Part shown: positions 1 through 10,190 of the stretch, one piece after another
Position numbering within the stretch: the stretch's first letter is position 1
Layout: each line of letters begins with the position of its first letter
The notes under the pieces: model-generated
The model's input: only the letters and a program-made list of their open reading frames with translations
Database searches by the model: none
What the model was told of the DNA's origin: nothing
Program-made: the position numbers and the translations under genes
NCBI GenBank assembly: GCA_023248535.1
Contig: JAHFEJ010000004.1
Location: 3,012-67,011, forward strand
Direction: 5' to 3'
DNA: 64,000 nucleotides
DNA from: Nitrospinales bacterium
Lineage (GTDB): Bacteria; Nitrospinota_A; UBA7883; JACRGQ01

Positions 1-207
1 TCCGGAAAGAATGCGTAGATCAGCCTTGGTTAATGGATTGCCACGCCCAAGAGGCTGTCGCGGATTGGACCAGACCGCGCGGTTCACTTTGGTTTGCACA
101 ATAAGGGAAAATGGCTTTAAATAGCTCCGCTGATAGAAAATGAATTTGCTCTAAATGGTTTACGGCCGTAAATGACCGGATGACTGGATGGCCGGAATAG
201 GAGAAAC

Positions 208-1215
208 ATGGTTGCGATAGCGGCTTTAGCCGTTTTTTGGGTCACTCTATTTTTCACAGGGGTATTTCGCAATCATGCATTAAAAAAAGGGCTGGTTGAT
301 ATGCCCGTCGCCCGTTCTTCCCATACCGAGCCTACCGCCCGCGGCGGCGGCGTGGTATTCGTCGTGATCGCTTTTTTGATGGGCGGGGCCTTTTACCGGT
401 ATGGCTATATTGCGAAGGCCGAGTTTATTCTCGTTGCATGTTCATTCCTTATGGCCACCGTGGGAATGGCGGATGATTATCTGAAATTGCGGAACCATAT
501 CCGTTTCGTCGCCCAAATAATCATCGCATCGGTATTCCTTATGTTTAACGGCGTGCCGGAGACCCTTTCCCTCGCGCCGTTAACCATGCGCCTGGGCGCT
601 TTTGCGTGGCCCTTGAGCATCCTTTTCATCGTATGGTCGGTTAATTTATTTAACTTCATGGACGGTCTCGACGCATTTGCCTCCACCACGGCCATCACGA
701 TATTCGCCACATTGGGAATATTGGGCGCGGCGGCCGGCGTGCCGCATTTTCCGATCCTCATGCTTGTACTCATTGCATCGATAGCGGGCTTCCTGAAATG
801 GAACTTCCCTCCGGCAAAGATTTTCATGGGAGATGGCGGCAGTTATTTCCTAGGATTTATGATCGCGGGCGCGGCGCTGGCATTGAACACCAACTATGGC
901 GTTCCCTTGATGGTTCCCGTTACGCTTTACGGCCTCTTCTGGTTTGATGCCACGATCACCCTTATCCGGAGAATGCTCAACGGCGAGAAATGGTACATGC
1001 CCCACAAAAGCCATGCCTACCAACGGCTGCACCAAGCGGGCTATTCCCATCTGCGGGTCACCGGCTATGCGTTGCTCCTCAATATAATATTGGCGTTTTT
1101 AGGGGCCGCCGGATTTTTCTATCCGCAATACATGCTGGCTTTCTTTGCGGCGGGCCTCCTCCTCCTTGGGTTTCTTTACGCCGTGGTGGAGCGGATTAAA
1201 CCTCTTAAGAACTGA
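208..1215 (+). CDS. Glycosyltransferase family 4 (polyprenyl-phosphate sugar-1-phosphate transferase, WecA/MraY superfamily)
   Basis: 335-aa multi-TM protein; N-terminal loop motif DMPVARSSHTEPTARGGG resembles the conserved RSxH-x-PTPRxGG loop of WecA/WbpL-type phosphotransferases; ATG preceded by an AGGAG-like RBS. Confidence 0.75.
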   Translation: MVAIAALAVFWVTLFFTGVFRNHALKKGLVDMPVARSSHTEPTARGGGVVFVVIAFLMGGAFYRYGYIAKAEFILVACSFLMATVGMADDYLKLRNHIRFVAQIIIASVFLMFNGVPETLSLAPLTMRLGAFAWPLSILFIVWSVNLFNFMDGLDAFASTTAITIFATLGILGAAAGVPHFPILMLVLIASIAGFLKWNFPPAKIFMGDGGSYFLGFMIAGAALALNTNYGVPLMVPVTLYGLFWFDATITLIRRMLNGEKWYMPHKSHAYQRLHQAGYSHLRVTGYALLLNIILAFLGAAGFFYPQYMLAFFAAGLLLLGFLYAVVERIKPLKN

Positions 1216-1321
1216 ACGGAAGTTCACGCCCCGCTTTCATGGCTGTAACCGGACATATAAAAAGTGTAGGATGTTCCCATCACCCCTTAAGTTTGGGGAT
1301 ACAAAAGGCGATATAGGGGTC

Positions 1322-2482
1322 ATGCCATCCACAGCAACAGACAGGTATATGAAAGTAGATTTTTACCGGCATAATCTGGACGATGAATGCATCGCCTCGC
1401 TAGTGGGGGCGGCAAAACAGGTTTTTATTTCCACCGGCCCCAAAACCCAGGAATTTGAGGCCGCTTTCGCATCCTACCTCAATCTTCCCCACGCCATCGG
1501 CACCATGAGCTGCACCCACTCCCTGTACCTGGCCTGGCGCGCCCTGAATGTCGGCGCGGGGCACGAGGTCATTGTTCCCGCCATGACGTTTGTGGCCACC
1601 ATCGAAGCGTTAATGTTGACCGGCGCCACGCCGGTTTTTGCCGATGTCGATCCGCGCACCGGCTTACTCGATCCCACGTGCGCCGAAAGAAAGATCACCC
1701 CCCGCACCAAAGCCGTCTGCCCCGTGCATCTGTATGGGACCATGGCGCCGATGGACCGCTTCCGGGAAATCGCCGATAGGCACTCGCTCCTGCTGGTCGA
1801 AGACGCCGCCCACTGCGTCGAGGGGAAAGTCCCCGGCTTTTCACCCGGCTCGCTTTCCGATGCGGTGGCTTTTTCCTTTTACGCCACCAAGAACATCACC
1901 TGTGGCGAGGGGGGAGCTGTCGCCACCCGCCATGCGGAAGTCTCCCATAGGGTCAGGCTGCTGCGGAACCACGGCATCAACCGGTCAGCCATCGAACGGT
2001 TCACCAACAAGGTGTCGGCTTATGACGTGGAAGAGTACGGATTTAAATCGAACATGTACGATCTTCAGGCGGCCCTGCTCATCCCCCAGTTGGCGAAGAT
2101 CGAAGTTAACCACGCGCGCCGTGAAGCGATCGTGCGGGAATACAACAACGCCTTCGGCGATACCGGCCTCACGCCGCCGTATGTGCCGCCAGGCCATAAA
2201 AGCGCCCTGCATCTGTACACCGTGCGCCTGCCCGATGAACAAAGGCGGGATGAATTCATGCGGGCGCTGACGGAAATGGGGGTTGGCTGCACCGTGAATT
2301 ACCGCCCCCTCTCTTCACTCACCTTTTTCCGGACACAACTCAACATGCGCGATGAGGATTACCCAAACGCCACCGGTATCGGCAAAACCACCGTATCCCT
2401 CCCGCTCTATCCAAATCTTACGGACGGGGAAGTTGCCTATGTCATTGACACCGTGCGGAAGACAGCCCGCAATATCCTGTAA
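1322..2482 (+). CDS. DegT/DnrJ/EryC1/StrS family PLP-dependent sugar aminotransferase
   Basis: Family-typical blocks (GPKTQEFEAAFASYL, AVCPVHLYGTMAPMDRFREIADRHSLLLVEDAAHC, FSFYATKNITCGEGGAV with candidate active-site Lys); start ambiguous among in-frame ATGs at 1271/1322/1349. Confidence 0.8.
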   Translation: MPSTATDRYMKVDFYRHNLDDECIASLVGAAKQVFISTGPKTQEFEAAFASYLNLPHAIGTMSCTHSLYLAWRALNVGAGHEVIVPAMTFVATIEALMLTGATPVFADVDPRTGLLDPTCAERKITPRTKAVCPVHLYGTMAPMDRFREIADRHSLLLVEDAAHCVEGKVPGFSPGSLSDAVAFSFYATKNITCGEGGAVATRHAEVSHRVRLLRNHGINRSAIERFTNKVSAYDVEEYGFKSNMYDLQAALLIPQLAKIEVNHARREAIVREYNNAFGDTGLTPPYVPPGHKSALHLYTVRLPDEQRRDEFMRALTEMGVGCTVNYRPLSSLTFFRTQLNMRDEDYPNATGIGKTTVSLPLYPNLTDGEVAYVIDTVRKTARNIL

Positions 2483-2647
2483 CAATATTTTCCGGCCCCG
2501 CCTTTCAACGGTTGCCATCGGCAACAAATACCGGACGGATCTGACGCTATCGAATTGGCTTCCGCGCGGCGGCACTTGCCGTTTTCCGCCGATTTTGCGC
2601 TATAGTGGTGGTGTTGTAAGACAATAAAAAGGGTTGAGGCTATTGTA

Positions 2648-5600
2648 ATGGATGCGCCCGATTTTTCAGGTTTTGTAAACGAGTTCGTTGAGGAAGCCGA
2701 AGAGCATCTGCAAACCCTCAACGCCAGCCTCCTCCACATCGAACAAAGCGCCGCCAGCGGAGCGGCCAACAAGGAAAAGGTGGATTCCCTCTTCCGCGCG
2801 GCCCACACCGTCAAAGGCCTCGCGGGGATGATGGAGTTCGAGGGAATCGAGCGGCTGTGCCACCGGATGGAAGACATTTTCGGGGAAATCCGCCACGGCC
2901 AAATGCCGGTAACCGCCGAAATCATCGACGCGCTCTTCGCCGCGGCGGATACGCTGGCAAAACTGATCGCCGCCGTGCGTGAAAGCGGCACCGACAAGGG
3001 GGTGCCCACCGGCGCCCCGCTGGAACTCATGAACAAGGCGCTACTCGCCGCAAAAGCGGTTCCCGTTTCCCCCTCAAAAAAAACCAAGGGAAAGAAAAGG
3101 AAAAGGATCGATCCCGCCGATCTGGGCATCTCCCTGGACGCCGCCCTGTTGGATGAAAAAGACCTCGTCATGCTTGAAGACGCGGTGACGGCCGGACTAT
3201 GGATTTACGAGCTGGGCAAGGAATTCACCGGCGGAACGCCCCTCGATAAAATTCACCGCCTGCCGGTCTTCCGCGACATCGAACAGGCCGGCATGCTCAT
3301 CGCCACACTCCCTCCGGTCGAGCACATTCCCGCCGCCAAGGGAACCGTCAATTGCCGCTTCATCTTTAGTTCCGACCTCCCCTCCGGCAGTGTACGCGAC
3401 ATTTTTCTTGATCCGGTGACGGTGCTCAAGGAAGGATGGACCGCGAAGCCCCCTCCTTCCGCAGTTGCCGCGGAGCCGGAACCGGAAGCGCCGGAACAGC
3501 GGCCGCTTAACGAAATCCTGGCGCAGTTGGATGAAACGCTGATCCAGGAATTCGTGAAGTCCGCCTTGGAGCAGCTTGACCAGATCGATCTCGCCCTGCT
3601 GGAACTCGAACGGGATCCGGGGGATTCTTACATCGCCATGGAAATCCATAACGGCTTCCGCTCCTACAAGGGAAAAGCGGCCCTCTTCGGTTTTAATAAG
3701 ATCGCCCTGCTGGCGGGCAAACTTGACGGCATTTTCGGGTTGATCCACAACCAGCGGGTCATCGCCGGAACCGAACTTTTCGAAGCGGTTGCCATCAGCG
3801 CCGAAAAACTGCGGCGCCTGCTGGAAGAGCTCAAACTGCGCAAAGAAACCGGCATTTCGGTGAATGACGACCTGAAACGGCTGGACGCCCTGGTTGGAAA
3901 GGCAAAATGGATCCCGGAAGAATTGGGCGCGGTGCTGGCCCAATCGGCGCTGAGTCCCGATGTAATTGCGCAACTGAACGCCGCCGAAAAAGCGCTGATC
4001 GCGGAGGAGTACGAAAAGGGGCGCGCCATCTATCAGATCGTCATCCGCTTCGCCGAAGACGCCTTGAAATCGGGGTACGAACCGCTCTCCATCGTTCCGG
4101 TAATAGGGAAATGCGGCGACATCCTGGTAAGCATCCCCATCATCGACGGGGTGCCCGAAATCTTCCGCTACGAGGCCGACAAGTGGGGCATCGGCTTTCA
4201 CTTCCTTTTCGCCACAAATCTTTCGCCGGAACAGTTACACTCCCGTTTCACCATGCTCCCCCGGTTCATGGAAATTGACCTGCGCAAAGTATTGCATAAG
4301 GAGGCGTCTTCAAAACCTGTCACGGCCCGCCCGGCGGCGGCAGCCCCGGCGAAACAGGTTTCCGCCACGCCAACGCCAAAGTTTGGCGGAGAACGCACCC
4401 ACTTCCCTGAAGAGGCCGCCAGCCGCGGCTTGAAAGAGCCTTCCGCGGCCCGGCTTGAAGAACCCATCCGGCTTGAACGGCGGCAAACCGGGAACTCCCT
4501 TGACGGCTATTCCGCCGAAGATGCGGAAAAGAAACTCAAGGAGAAAGCCGTAAACACCATACGCGTCGATATCGGCCGGCTGGACAAGCTGCTGAACCTT
4601 ATCGGCGAGCTGGTGATAGACCGCACCCGGCTGGAACAATTAAGCGCTGAAGTGCGCAGACAACTGCCAACCAATCCGATCGGCGTTCAACTGGCCCATA
4701 CGAACCAGCTTTTCCAGCGCCACATAAACGACGTGCAGGACATGGTGATGTCGGTGCGGATGGTGCCGATCGGCAACGCCTTCAACAAATTCCCGCGCAT
4801 AGTGCGCGACATGGCGAAATCGCTGAAAAAAAACGTAAACCTGATCATCGACGGCGAAGAGACGGAGCTGGATAAAACCATCATCGAGGAGGTGGGCGAT
4901 CCGTTGATCCACCTGATACGCAACGCCCTCGACCACGGGATAGAGCCGCCGCATGAACGCCGCGCGGCAGGCAAGCCGGAAACCGGCCAGATAACGCTAA
5001 AGGCCTATCACGAGGGGGACACGATCATCATCGAGGTGTCTGACGATGGCCGGGGCATGGACCTTGAAAAAATACGGTCGCTTGCGGTGCAAAAAGGGCT
5101 GCTTGACCCGGATGCCGCCCAGATCAATGAAAAAGAGCTGCTCCAGTTCATTTTCGAGCCGGGATTCAGCACCACCGAGGAGCCTACGATGGTATCCGGG
5201 CGCGGCGTTGGAATGGATGTGGTAAAAAGGAACATCGTCAAACTCAAAGGGCTTATCGACATTTTCTCGGAACAGGGCAAAGGATGCGTCATCCGGCTGC
5301 GGCTGCCGCTGACACTCGCCATCGTCCCCACCCTCATTGTCGGGGTGCGGGAAGAGACCTTCGCCATTCCCCTTTCATCGGTGGCGGAATCGATCCGCAT
5401 AGCCGCGGGGGATATACGTATGGTGAACGGGCGCGAGATGATAACCCTGCGCGATACGGTTTTGCCGCTGGCCCGGCTGGACAAGCTGTTCATGCTGGAC
5501 CACAAGCCGTTGCGCAAAACGCCCCCTCAAGCGCAACAGGGGGGTGCGGCGGAAAAATCCTTTAAGGGCGCGGGCCGGGCGCGGCGTGACTCCGTATTCA

Positions 5601-5842
5601 TCGTGGTGGTCGGCCTTGCTGAAAAACGCCTCGGCCTCGTGGTGGGCGACCTCAAGCGGCAGCAGCAGGTGGTGATCAAAAACCTTGGGGAAATGCTGAA
5701 AGACGCGCCCGGCATTTCAGGCGCCACCATCATGGGGGACGGCCGCGTGGCATTGATCCTCGACGTGGGACAGATCATTGAAGAGGCGGGCCATCGGCAA
5801 CGCCAGCAGCCGGTGGCCGGCGTGAAAGAACCCGTCTTATGA
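2648..5842 (+). CDS. cheA: Chemotaxis histidine kinase CheA (1064 aa; N-terminal HPt, second HPt-like module, dimerisation, HATPase_c, two CheW-like regions)
   Basis: HPt motif RAAHTVKGLAGMM; HATPase blocks HLIRNALDHGIE and DDGRGMD; C-terminal CheW-like segments (FAIPLSSVAE..., SVFIVVVGLAEKRLGLVV...). Confidence 0.9.
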   Translation: MDAPDFSGFVNEFVEEAEEHLQTLNASLLHIEQSAASGAANKEKVDSLFRAAHTVKGLAGMMEFEGIERLCHRMEDIFGEIRHGQMPVTAEIIDALFAAADTLAKLIAAVRESGTDKGVPTGAPLELMNKALLAAKAVPVSPSKKTKGKKRKRIDPADLGISLDAALLDEKDLVMLEDAVTAGLWIYELGKEFTGGTPLDKIHRLPVFRDIEQAGMLIATLPPVEHIPAAKGTVNCRFIFSSDLPSGSVRDIFLDPVTVLKEGWTAKPPPSAVAAEPEPEAPEQRPLNEILAQLDETLIQEFVKSALEQLDQIDLALLELERDPGDSYIAMEIHNGFRSYKGKAALFGFNKIALLAGKLDGIFGLIHNQRVIAGTELFEAVAISAEKLRRLLEELKLRKETGISVNDDLKRLDALVGKAKWIPEELGAVLAQSALSPDVIAQLNAAEKALIAEEYEKGRAIYQIVIRFAEDALKSGYEPLSIVPVIGKCGDILVSIPIIDGVPEIFRYEADKWGIGFHFLFATNLSPEQLHSRFTMLPRFMEIDLRKVLHKEASSKPVTARPAAAAPAKQVSATPTPKFGGERTHFPEEAASRGLKEPSAARLEEPIRLERRQTGNSLDGYSAEDAEKKLKEKAVNTIRVDIGRLDKLLNLIGELVIDRTRLEQLSAEVRRQLPTNPIGVQLAHTNQLFQRHINDVQDMVMSVRMVPIGNAFNKFPRIVRDMAKSLKKNVNLIIDGEETELDKTIIEEVGDPLIHLIRNALDHGIEPPHERRAAGKPETGQITLKAYHEGDTIIIEVSDDGRGMDLEKIRSLAVQKGLLDPDAAQINEKELLQFIFEPGFSTTEEPTMVSGRGVGMDVVKRNIVKLKGLIDIFSEQGKGCVIRLRLPLTLAIVPTLIVGVREETFAIPLSSVAESIRIAAGDIRMVNGREMITLRDTVLPLARLDKLFMLDHKPLRKTPPQAQQGGAAEKSFKGAGRARRDSVFIVVVGLAEKRLGLVVGDLKRQQQVVIKNLGEMLKDAPGISGATIMGDGRVALILDVGQIIEEAGHRQRQQPVAGVKEPVL

Positions 5843-6216
5843 AGCTGATGGCCTGGCTTTTTACCGCGTTCGTATTCGCCACGTCCTCCAGTGCGAATGC
5901 CGCCCAAAAACAGGTAAAAATATGCGGCGCCCAGACTGAAACCCATATCAGCGGAACCAATACGCCGCACAACAACGATGATGGCAATGTGCATGCCAGC
6001 GGCGCCACAACCCCGGCCGCCACGAAGGCGGCTCCCGAAAAAAAAACATCTCCCAAGGAAGCTTCGCGCCAACAACCAGGCGCCGGGCAAGAATTCAATG
6101 ACGGGCATCCCGCGCCGGGCGAAGTGCGCAAGCCGCGCCAACCGCGGCAGGCCACGGTGGAAAGTCCCCGTTCCCCTACTCCACCACGGGCACCGGACGC
6201 CCCCGGCGGAAAATGA
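5839..6216 (+). CDS. Hypothetical small Pro/Ala/Thr-rich secreted protein (ATG overlaps cheA stop)
   Basis: ATGA overlap with cheA stop; hydrophobic N-terminus MKLMAWLFTAFVFATSSSANA resembles a signal peptide; low-complexity remainder; no recognisable domain. Confidence 0.25.
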   Translation: MKLMAWLFTAFVFATSSSANAAQKQVKICGAQTETHISGTNTPHNNDDGNVHASGATTPAATKAAPEKKTSPKEASRQQPGAGQEFNDGHPAPGEVRKPRQPRQATVESPRSPTPPRAPDAPGGK

Positions 6217-6238
6217 CCCGGACAAAAAGGAATAACCG

Positions 6239-7957
6239 ATGAACATAACCTACAAGCCCCGGCTAAGCCCAAATGGTGAATACACGGTGGAGGTCGATAA
6301 ATATGGGCAGGAAATCATCCACAACCCTTTACTGAACAAAGGAACCGCCTTTTCCATTCATGAACAGGAGGAATTCGGCCTTATCGGCCTGTTGCCGCCG
6401 CACATCTCCACCTTGGGGGAACAGCTTACCCGCACCATGGAAAGCTACCATGCCTGCTCCAGCAACATCTCGAAGTACATCTATCTCCGTTCGCTGCAGG
6501 ACCGCAACGAAACGCTCTTCTACGCGATGCTGCGCCAGAACATCCGCGAAATGCTCCCCATCGTGTACACCCCAACCGTCGGTGAAGCCGTGGAGAAACA
6601 CGGACATATCTACCGCAACGCGCGCGGCCTTTTCATAACCCCCGATAACGTATTCAACATGGGGGAAATGGCCAAACACCTCCCCTCCGCGAATATCGAG
6701 ATCATCGTCGCCACCGACAGCCAGGCGATACTGGGCATTGGCGACCAGGGGGTCGGCGGCATGGCCATCCCCATCGGCAAACTTTCACTTTACACCGTGG
6801 CGGCCGGTATCCACCCCTCGGCCTGCCTGCCGGTCTGTCTCGATGTGGGAACCGACAACCGCACCCTCCTCGCCGACCCGCTCTATCTGGGGCGCCGTCA
6901 CTGGCGGCTTACCGGCAATGAATACGCCGTCTTCATAGAAAACTTTGTGGAACAGGTGAAAAAACATTTCCCCAACGCCGTTCTCCAGTGGGAAGACTTT
7001 GCCAAGCAGAACGCCTTTACCAACATGGACAAGTACCGCGACGCCCTCCCCTCGTTTAACGACGACGTGCAGGGAACCGGCGCGGTGGTGCTGGGGGGCA
7101 TCCTCGGCGCGATGAAAATAAAAAGAAAAACCCTGCGGGACCACCGCTATCTGATTTACGGAGCGGGGGCCGCCGGCGGCGGCATCGCCCGGCAGATACG
7201 CGATGGGCTGAAAAACGCCGGCTTAAGCCATGAAGAGGCCTGCGGCCATGTGTTCATGGTGGATAGCGCCGGCCTTGTTACCGAGGGCCGGGAAGGACTG
7301 GAGGAATATAAAAAAGAATTTGCCAAGCCGGAACGGATCACCGGTGGCTGGGTGCGCGATAACGTATACGAGTTGACAATGGCGGAAACCATCCGCCACG
7401 CCAAGATTAACGTTCTCATCGGCGTGTCGGGGCAGACCGGCGCATTCAACGAACAGATCATCAATCTGATGACGGCCAACGATCCCGAACCGCTCATCTT
7501 CACCCTTTCCAATCCCACGTCGAAATCCGAAACCGACCCGCGAAAAGTTCTCCAACAAACAAACGGCAGGGCCATCGTCGCGTCCGGCTCCCCCTTCGGC
7601 TCCGTCACGGTGAACGGACGGGAAATCGAAGTGGGCCAAGGGAATAACGCCTTCATCTTTCCCGGCCTGGGGCTGGGAACCCTGGTCGCCAAGGCGCGCA
7701 AGATCACCGATGGCATGATGACCGCCGCGGCCCATGCCTTGGCCGCCTCCGTGACCGAAGAGCGGTTGGCTTCGCGGACCATTTATCCCCCGGTGCAGGA
7801 CATCTTCGAGGTTTCGCACAAGGTGGCGGTGGCCGTGTACAAACAGGCGGTGGCCGATGGCGTGGCGGAAGTGGCCCACGGCTCGGATCCGGAAAAAGTG
7901 ATCCGCGGCCTTATGTGGCTCCCCGCCTATGCCAACTACACGCGGGCGAAAAAATAA
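6239..7957 (+). CDS. maeA: NAD(P)-dependent malic enzyme
   Basis: 572 aa with malic-enzyme signature blocks (IVYTPTVGEAVEKHG; VATDSQAILGIGDQGVGGMAIPIGKLSLYTVAAGI; NAD-binding GAGAAGGGIA); AAGGA RBS upstream. Confidence 0.9.
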   Translation: MNITYKPRLSPNGEYTVEVDKYGQEIIHNPLLNKGTAFSIHEQEEFGLIGLLPPHISTLGEQLTRTMESYHACSSNISKYIYLRSLQDRNETLFYAMLRQNIREMLPIVYTPTVGEAVEKHGHIYRNARGLFITPDNVFNMGEMAKHLPSANIEIIVATDSQAILGIGDQGVGGMAIPIGKLSLYTVAAGIHPSACLPVCLDVGTDNRTLLADPLYLGRRHWRLTGNEYAVFIENFVEQVKKHFPNAVLQWEDFAKQNAFTNMDKYRDALPSFNDDVQGTGAVVLGGILGAMKIKRKTLRDHRYLIYGAGAAGGGIARQIRDGLKNAGLSHEEACGHVFMVDSAGLVTEGREGLEEYKKEFAKPERITGGWVRDNVYELTMAETIRHAKINVLIGVSGQTGAFNEQIINLMTANDPEPLIFTLSNPTSKSETDPRKVLQQTNGRAIVASGSPFGSVTVNGREIEVGQGNNAFIFPGLGLGTLVAKARKITDGMMTAAAHALAASVTEERLASRTIYPPVQDIFEVSHKVAVAVYKQAVADGVAEVAHGSDPEKVIRGLMWLPAYANYTRAKK

Positions 7958-7975
7958 GCCGCGGGAGAACGCGGG

Positions 7976-8602
7976 TTACACCCGCTCTTTGAGTAACGGC
8001 GATACACGATCCCAGATTTGACCGCTGACCGCGTCAATCCCCTGCCGGGCATCGATGCGTATTAAGCTCTCAAAGCCGGGGCCGTTGAATATGCGGTAGA
8101 CCTTTTTCAGAAACCCGATTTTCTCAAAGCCGATGTTCGCCCCGCCCCGGCCTTCAACGCGTTTAAGCCCCTCTTCCGGCTTGATGTCGAGGAAAAAGGC
8201 GATGTCCGGCTGTGGAAAATGCCGGTTCTTTTCAGCAATGACTTTAACGTCAAAACCCAGCGCCCCCTGATACGCCATATTGCTGGGGATGTAGCGGTCC
8301 ATCACCACAATTTTTCCCGTAATGAGGGCCGGGATGATGTTTTGCTTGCTGTCTTCTTCGCGGTCGTTGATGAACCAGGAAAGTTCCTCTTCGCGGGTAA
8401 CACCGTCACGCCCATGAGTGGCGATCCGGCGTATCTTCTGGCCCCACGGGCCGTTGGTCGGTTCCTTCAGGTAAAGGGCATCATGCCCCGCGCCACGAAG
8501 ACGGTCCACCAGTAATTGAGCCTGTGTGCTCTTCCCCGCTCCATCCAGCCCCTCGATGAGGACAAACAACCCCTTCTTCCGCTCTTCATTCCACACGCAC
8601 AT
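7976..8602 (-). CDS. tmk: Thymidylate kinase
   Basis: P-loop LIEGLDGAGKSTQ at N-terminus and overall dTMP kinase architecture in 208 aa. Confidence 0.9.
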   Translation of the reverse strand: MCVWNEERKKGLFVLIEGLDGAGKSTQAQLLVDRLRGAGHDALYLKEPTNGPWGQKIRRIATHGRDGVTREEELSWFINDREEDSKQNIIPALITGKIVVMDRYIPSNMAYQGALGFDVKVIAEKNRHFPQPDIAFFLDIKPEEGLKRVEGRGGANIGFEKIGFLKKVYRIFNGPGFESLIRIDARQGIDAVSGQIWDRVSPLLKERV

Positions 8603-9145
8603 GGAAGGATTCTATACCGCCTACGGCCGGTGCCAAATAGAATTCAGGCCTGTACCAAAATTGCCCTGTCCCGTCAAAAAAACCGCGTTACTGAGGGCCG
8701 AAGTCTTTCCAGGCCTTCGCGACAATAAAGACTATCGGGGCGCTATGCAGTAAAAGGTCAAAAATGTCTATTGGCTTGCGAAGCGTTCCGTTGGAAAGCA
8801 TCCGTATTTTTTCGACAAGATGCGGTTCCGGCGCCATCGGCCAGGGAGCAACCGCCAACCCGGCGGCGAGTATGATCAAAAGCGGCCAGCTGATATTATC
8901 GAGCATTGACTAATTCCATGAAATTGTTGAGTCAAAAGTGCAAAAAAGGGTTCAATGCTGCCCGTATAAGCACAGCATGATGGAAACACGTATTTATAAA
9001 ATAATAAACTTAATGGTTGATTTCAAAAAATAAAGTGGCATAATTACACGGTTTCTTGGCGCACCTGCGTGCGCCTCTAGCCGGGAACGACGGTTTGCAT
9101 TAGCCATAAGTTGACCGAAAATAACATGGTAAAGGGTTAACAGAT

Positions 9146-9538
9146 ATGAAAAAAGAGTACAAAGAGCTTCTAAACGCCCTGCTGAAACGCAGGGATGAAC
9201 TGGTCGCGCTGGAAGGGCACACCGGCCAAAAGGGCCTGGAAAACCTGGAGCTTGGCCATGGCGACGATATGGATATCGCCGAATCGGTCGTCGAGCAGGA
9301 AATGTCGATGACGATCCGCAACCGCGCATCGCGGGAAATCATCCTCATCGATGAATCTATTGAAAAGCTCCACCGGGGAGCATATGGCATCTGCGAAAGT
9401 TGCGACCAGGAGATTGAAACCAAACGGCTTAAAGCGCGGCCATTCGTAAAATATTGCATCGACTGCCAGACCGAAATGGAAAAAAATGCCGAGGAAAGCG
9501 CCCCCGGCGGCGGTTTCCAATTCGGAAAACTGGAATAA
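9146..9538 (+). CDS. DksA/TraR family C4-type zinc-finger protein
   Basis: 130 aa; N-terminal coiled-coil-like region followed by CESCDQEIETKRLKARPFVKYCIDCQ (Cx2C-x17-Cx2C) typical of DksA/TraR. Confidence 0.8.
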   Translation: MKKEYKELLNALLKRRDELVALEGHTGQKGLENLELGHGDDMDIAESVVEQEMSMTIRNRASREIILIDESIEKLHRGAYGICESCDQEIETKRLKARPFVKYCIDCQTEMEKNAEESAPGGGFQFGKLE

Positions 9539-9587
9539 CATCCCGATATACGGTATACTTCCCTTCAACCTTGCGTGAGGAAATAGA

Positions 9588-9827
9588 ATGTTTGATTTGA
9601 AAATGTATGCAAAGGCGCTGACCGCGGTGCCGCAACGCTATCTCCTTGTCAATGCCATGGTTCACCGTATGCGCCAATTGCAAGGCGGCGCCGAGCCGAT
9701 GGTTGAATCGGAAGGACTTTCCCTGTTCGACATCTCGCTTAAAGAAATCGTCGAAGGCAAGATCGCGATCAAGCAGATCGTCGAAGAGCGGCAAACCCTT
9801 ACCTTAAACGCGGAACACCTGGATTAA
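9588..9827 (+). CDS. rpoZ: DNA-directed RNA polymerase omega subunit
   Basis: 79 aa; VPQRYLLVNAMVHRMRQLQGGAEPMVESEG...SLKEIVEGKI aligns with the RpoZ core (NRFDLVLVAARRARQ...LREIEEGLI); strong GAGGAAA RBS. Confidence 0.65.
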   Translation: MFDLKMYAKALTAVPQRYLLVNAMVHRMRQLQGGAEPMVESEGLSLFDISLKEIVEGKIAIKQIVEERQTLTLNAEHLD

Positions 9828-9839
9828 TCCAACACCGGA

Positions 9840-10190
9840 ATGGCTGAAGATAACAGCTTCACCATTAATGACCGGCGCGGAACCGCCGGGCGGGAGGTCC
9901 CGCCCCCCAATGCGGAAACCGGCAAACGCAATGCTGCACCGGCAATTAACTTCTCCACGTTCATCCTCTCGCTTTCCACTTCCGCCGCCATGAACATGGG
10001 AGGCTATACCGATCCGGTATCCGGCTTGATCCCCCGCAATCTTGAGTTGGCCAAACAATCCATAGATATCCTGGGCATCCTTGCCGAAAAAACCAAGGGC
10101 AATCTTGACGCCGACGAAAGCCACCTGCTCGATTCGGTTCTGTATGAACTGCGAATGCGGTATATTGATGAGATCAAGAAGGGGGCGTGA
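9840..10190 (+). CDS. DUF1844-like protein
   Basis: 116 aa; FSTFILSLSTSAAMNMG...NLELAKQSIDILGILAEKTKGNLDADESHLLDSVLYELRMRY matches my recollection of the DUF1844 pattern; stop overlaps the downstream fliN start. Confidence 0.5.
   Translation: MAEDNSFTINDRRGTAGREVPPPNAETGKRNAAPAINFSTFILSLSTSAAMNMGGYTDPVSGLIPRNLELAKQSIDILGILAEKTKGNLDADESHLLDSVLYELRMRYIDEIKKGA

Noticed and set aside
2483-2647. sigma28- or sigma54-type promoter upstream of cheA
   Set aside because: A GCCGAT-like -10 (sigma28) is present but there is no TAAA -35 partner at the right spacing. GGCAC and TTGC occur without the required spacer. Not convincing.
7958-7975. Short hairpin CCGCG-GGAGAA-CGCGG between convergent malic enzyme and tmk
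   Set aside because: Only a 5-bp stem, with no T-tract on the plus strand. The minus-strand T-run lies inside the malic enzyme coding sequence. Too weak to call a terminator.
8688-8906. 72-aa minus-strand ORF in the tmk-dksA intergenic region
   Set aside because: It lies ~80 bp downstream of the tmk start on the same strand, so it is not positioned like a tmk leader peptide or 5'-UTR element. It has no RBS or motif support. Left uncalled.
9060-9145. sigma54-like GGAAC-N-TTTGCA upstream of the dksA-like gene
   Set aside because: Spacing between the GG and GC dinucleotides is off by one and the -24 element is weak.
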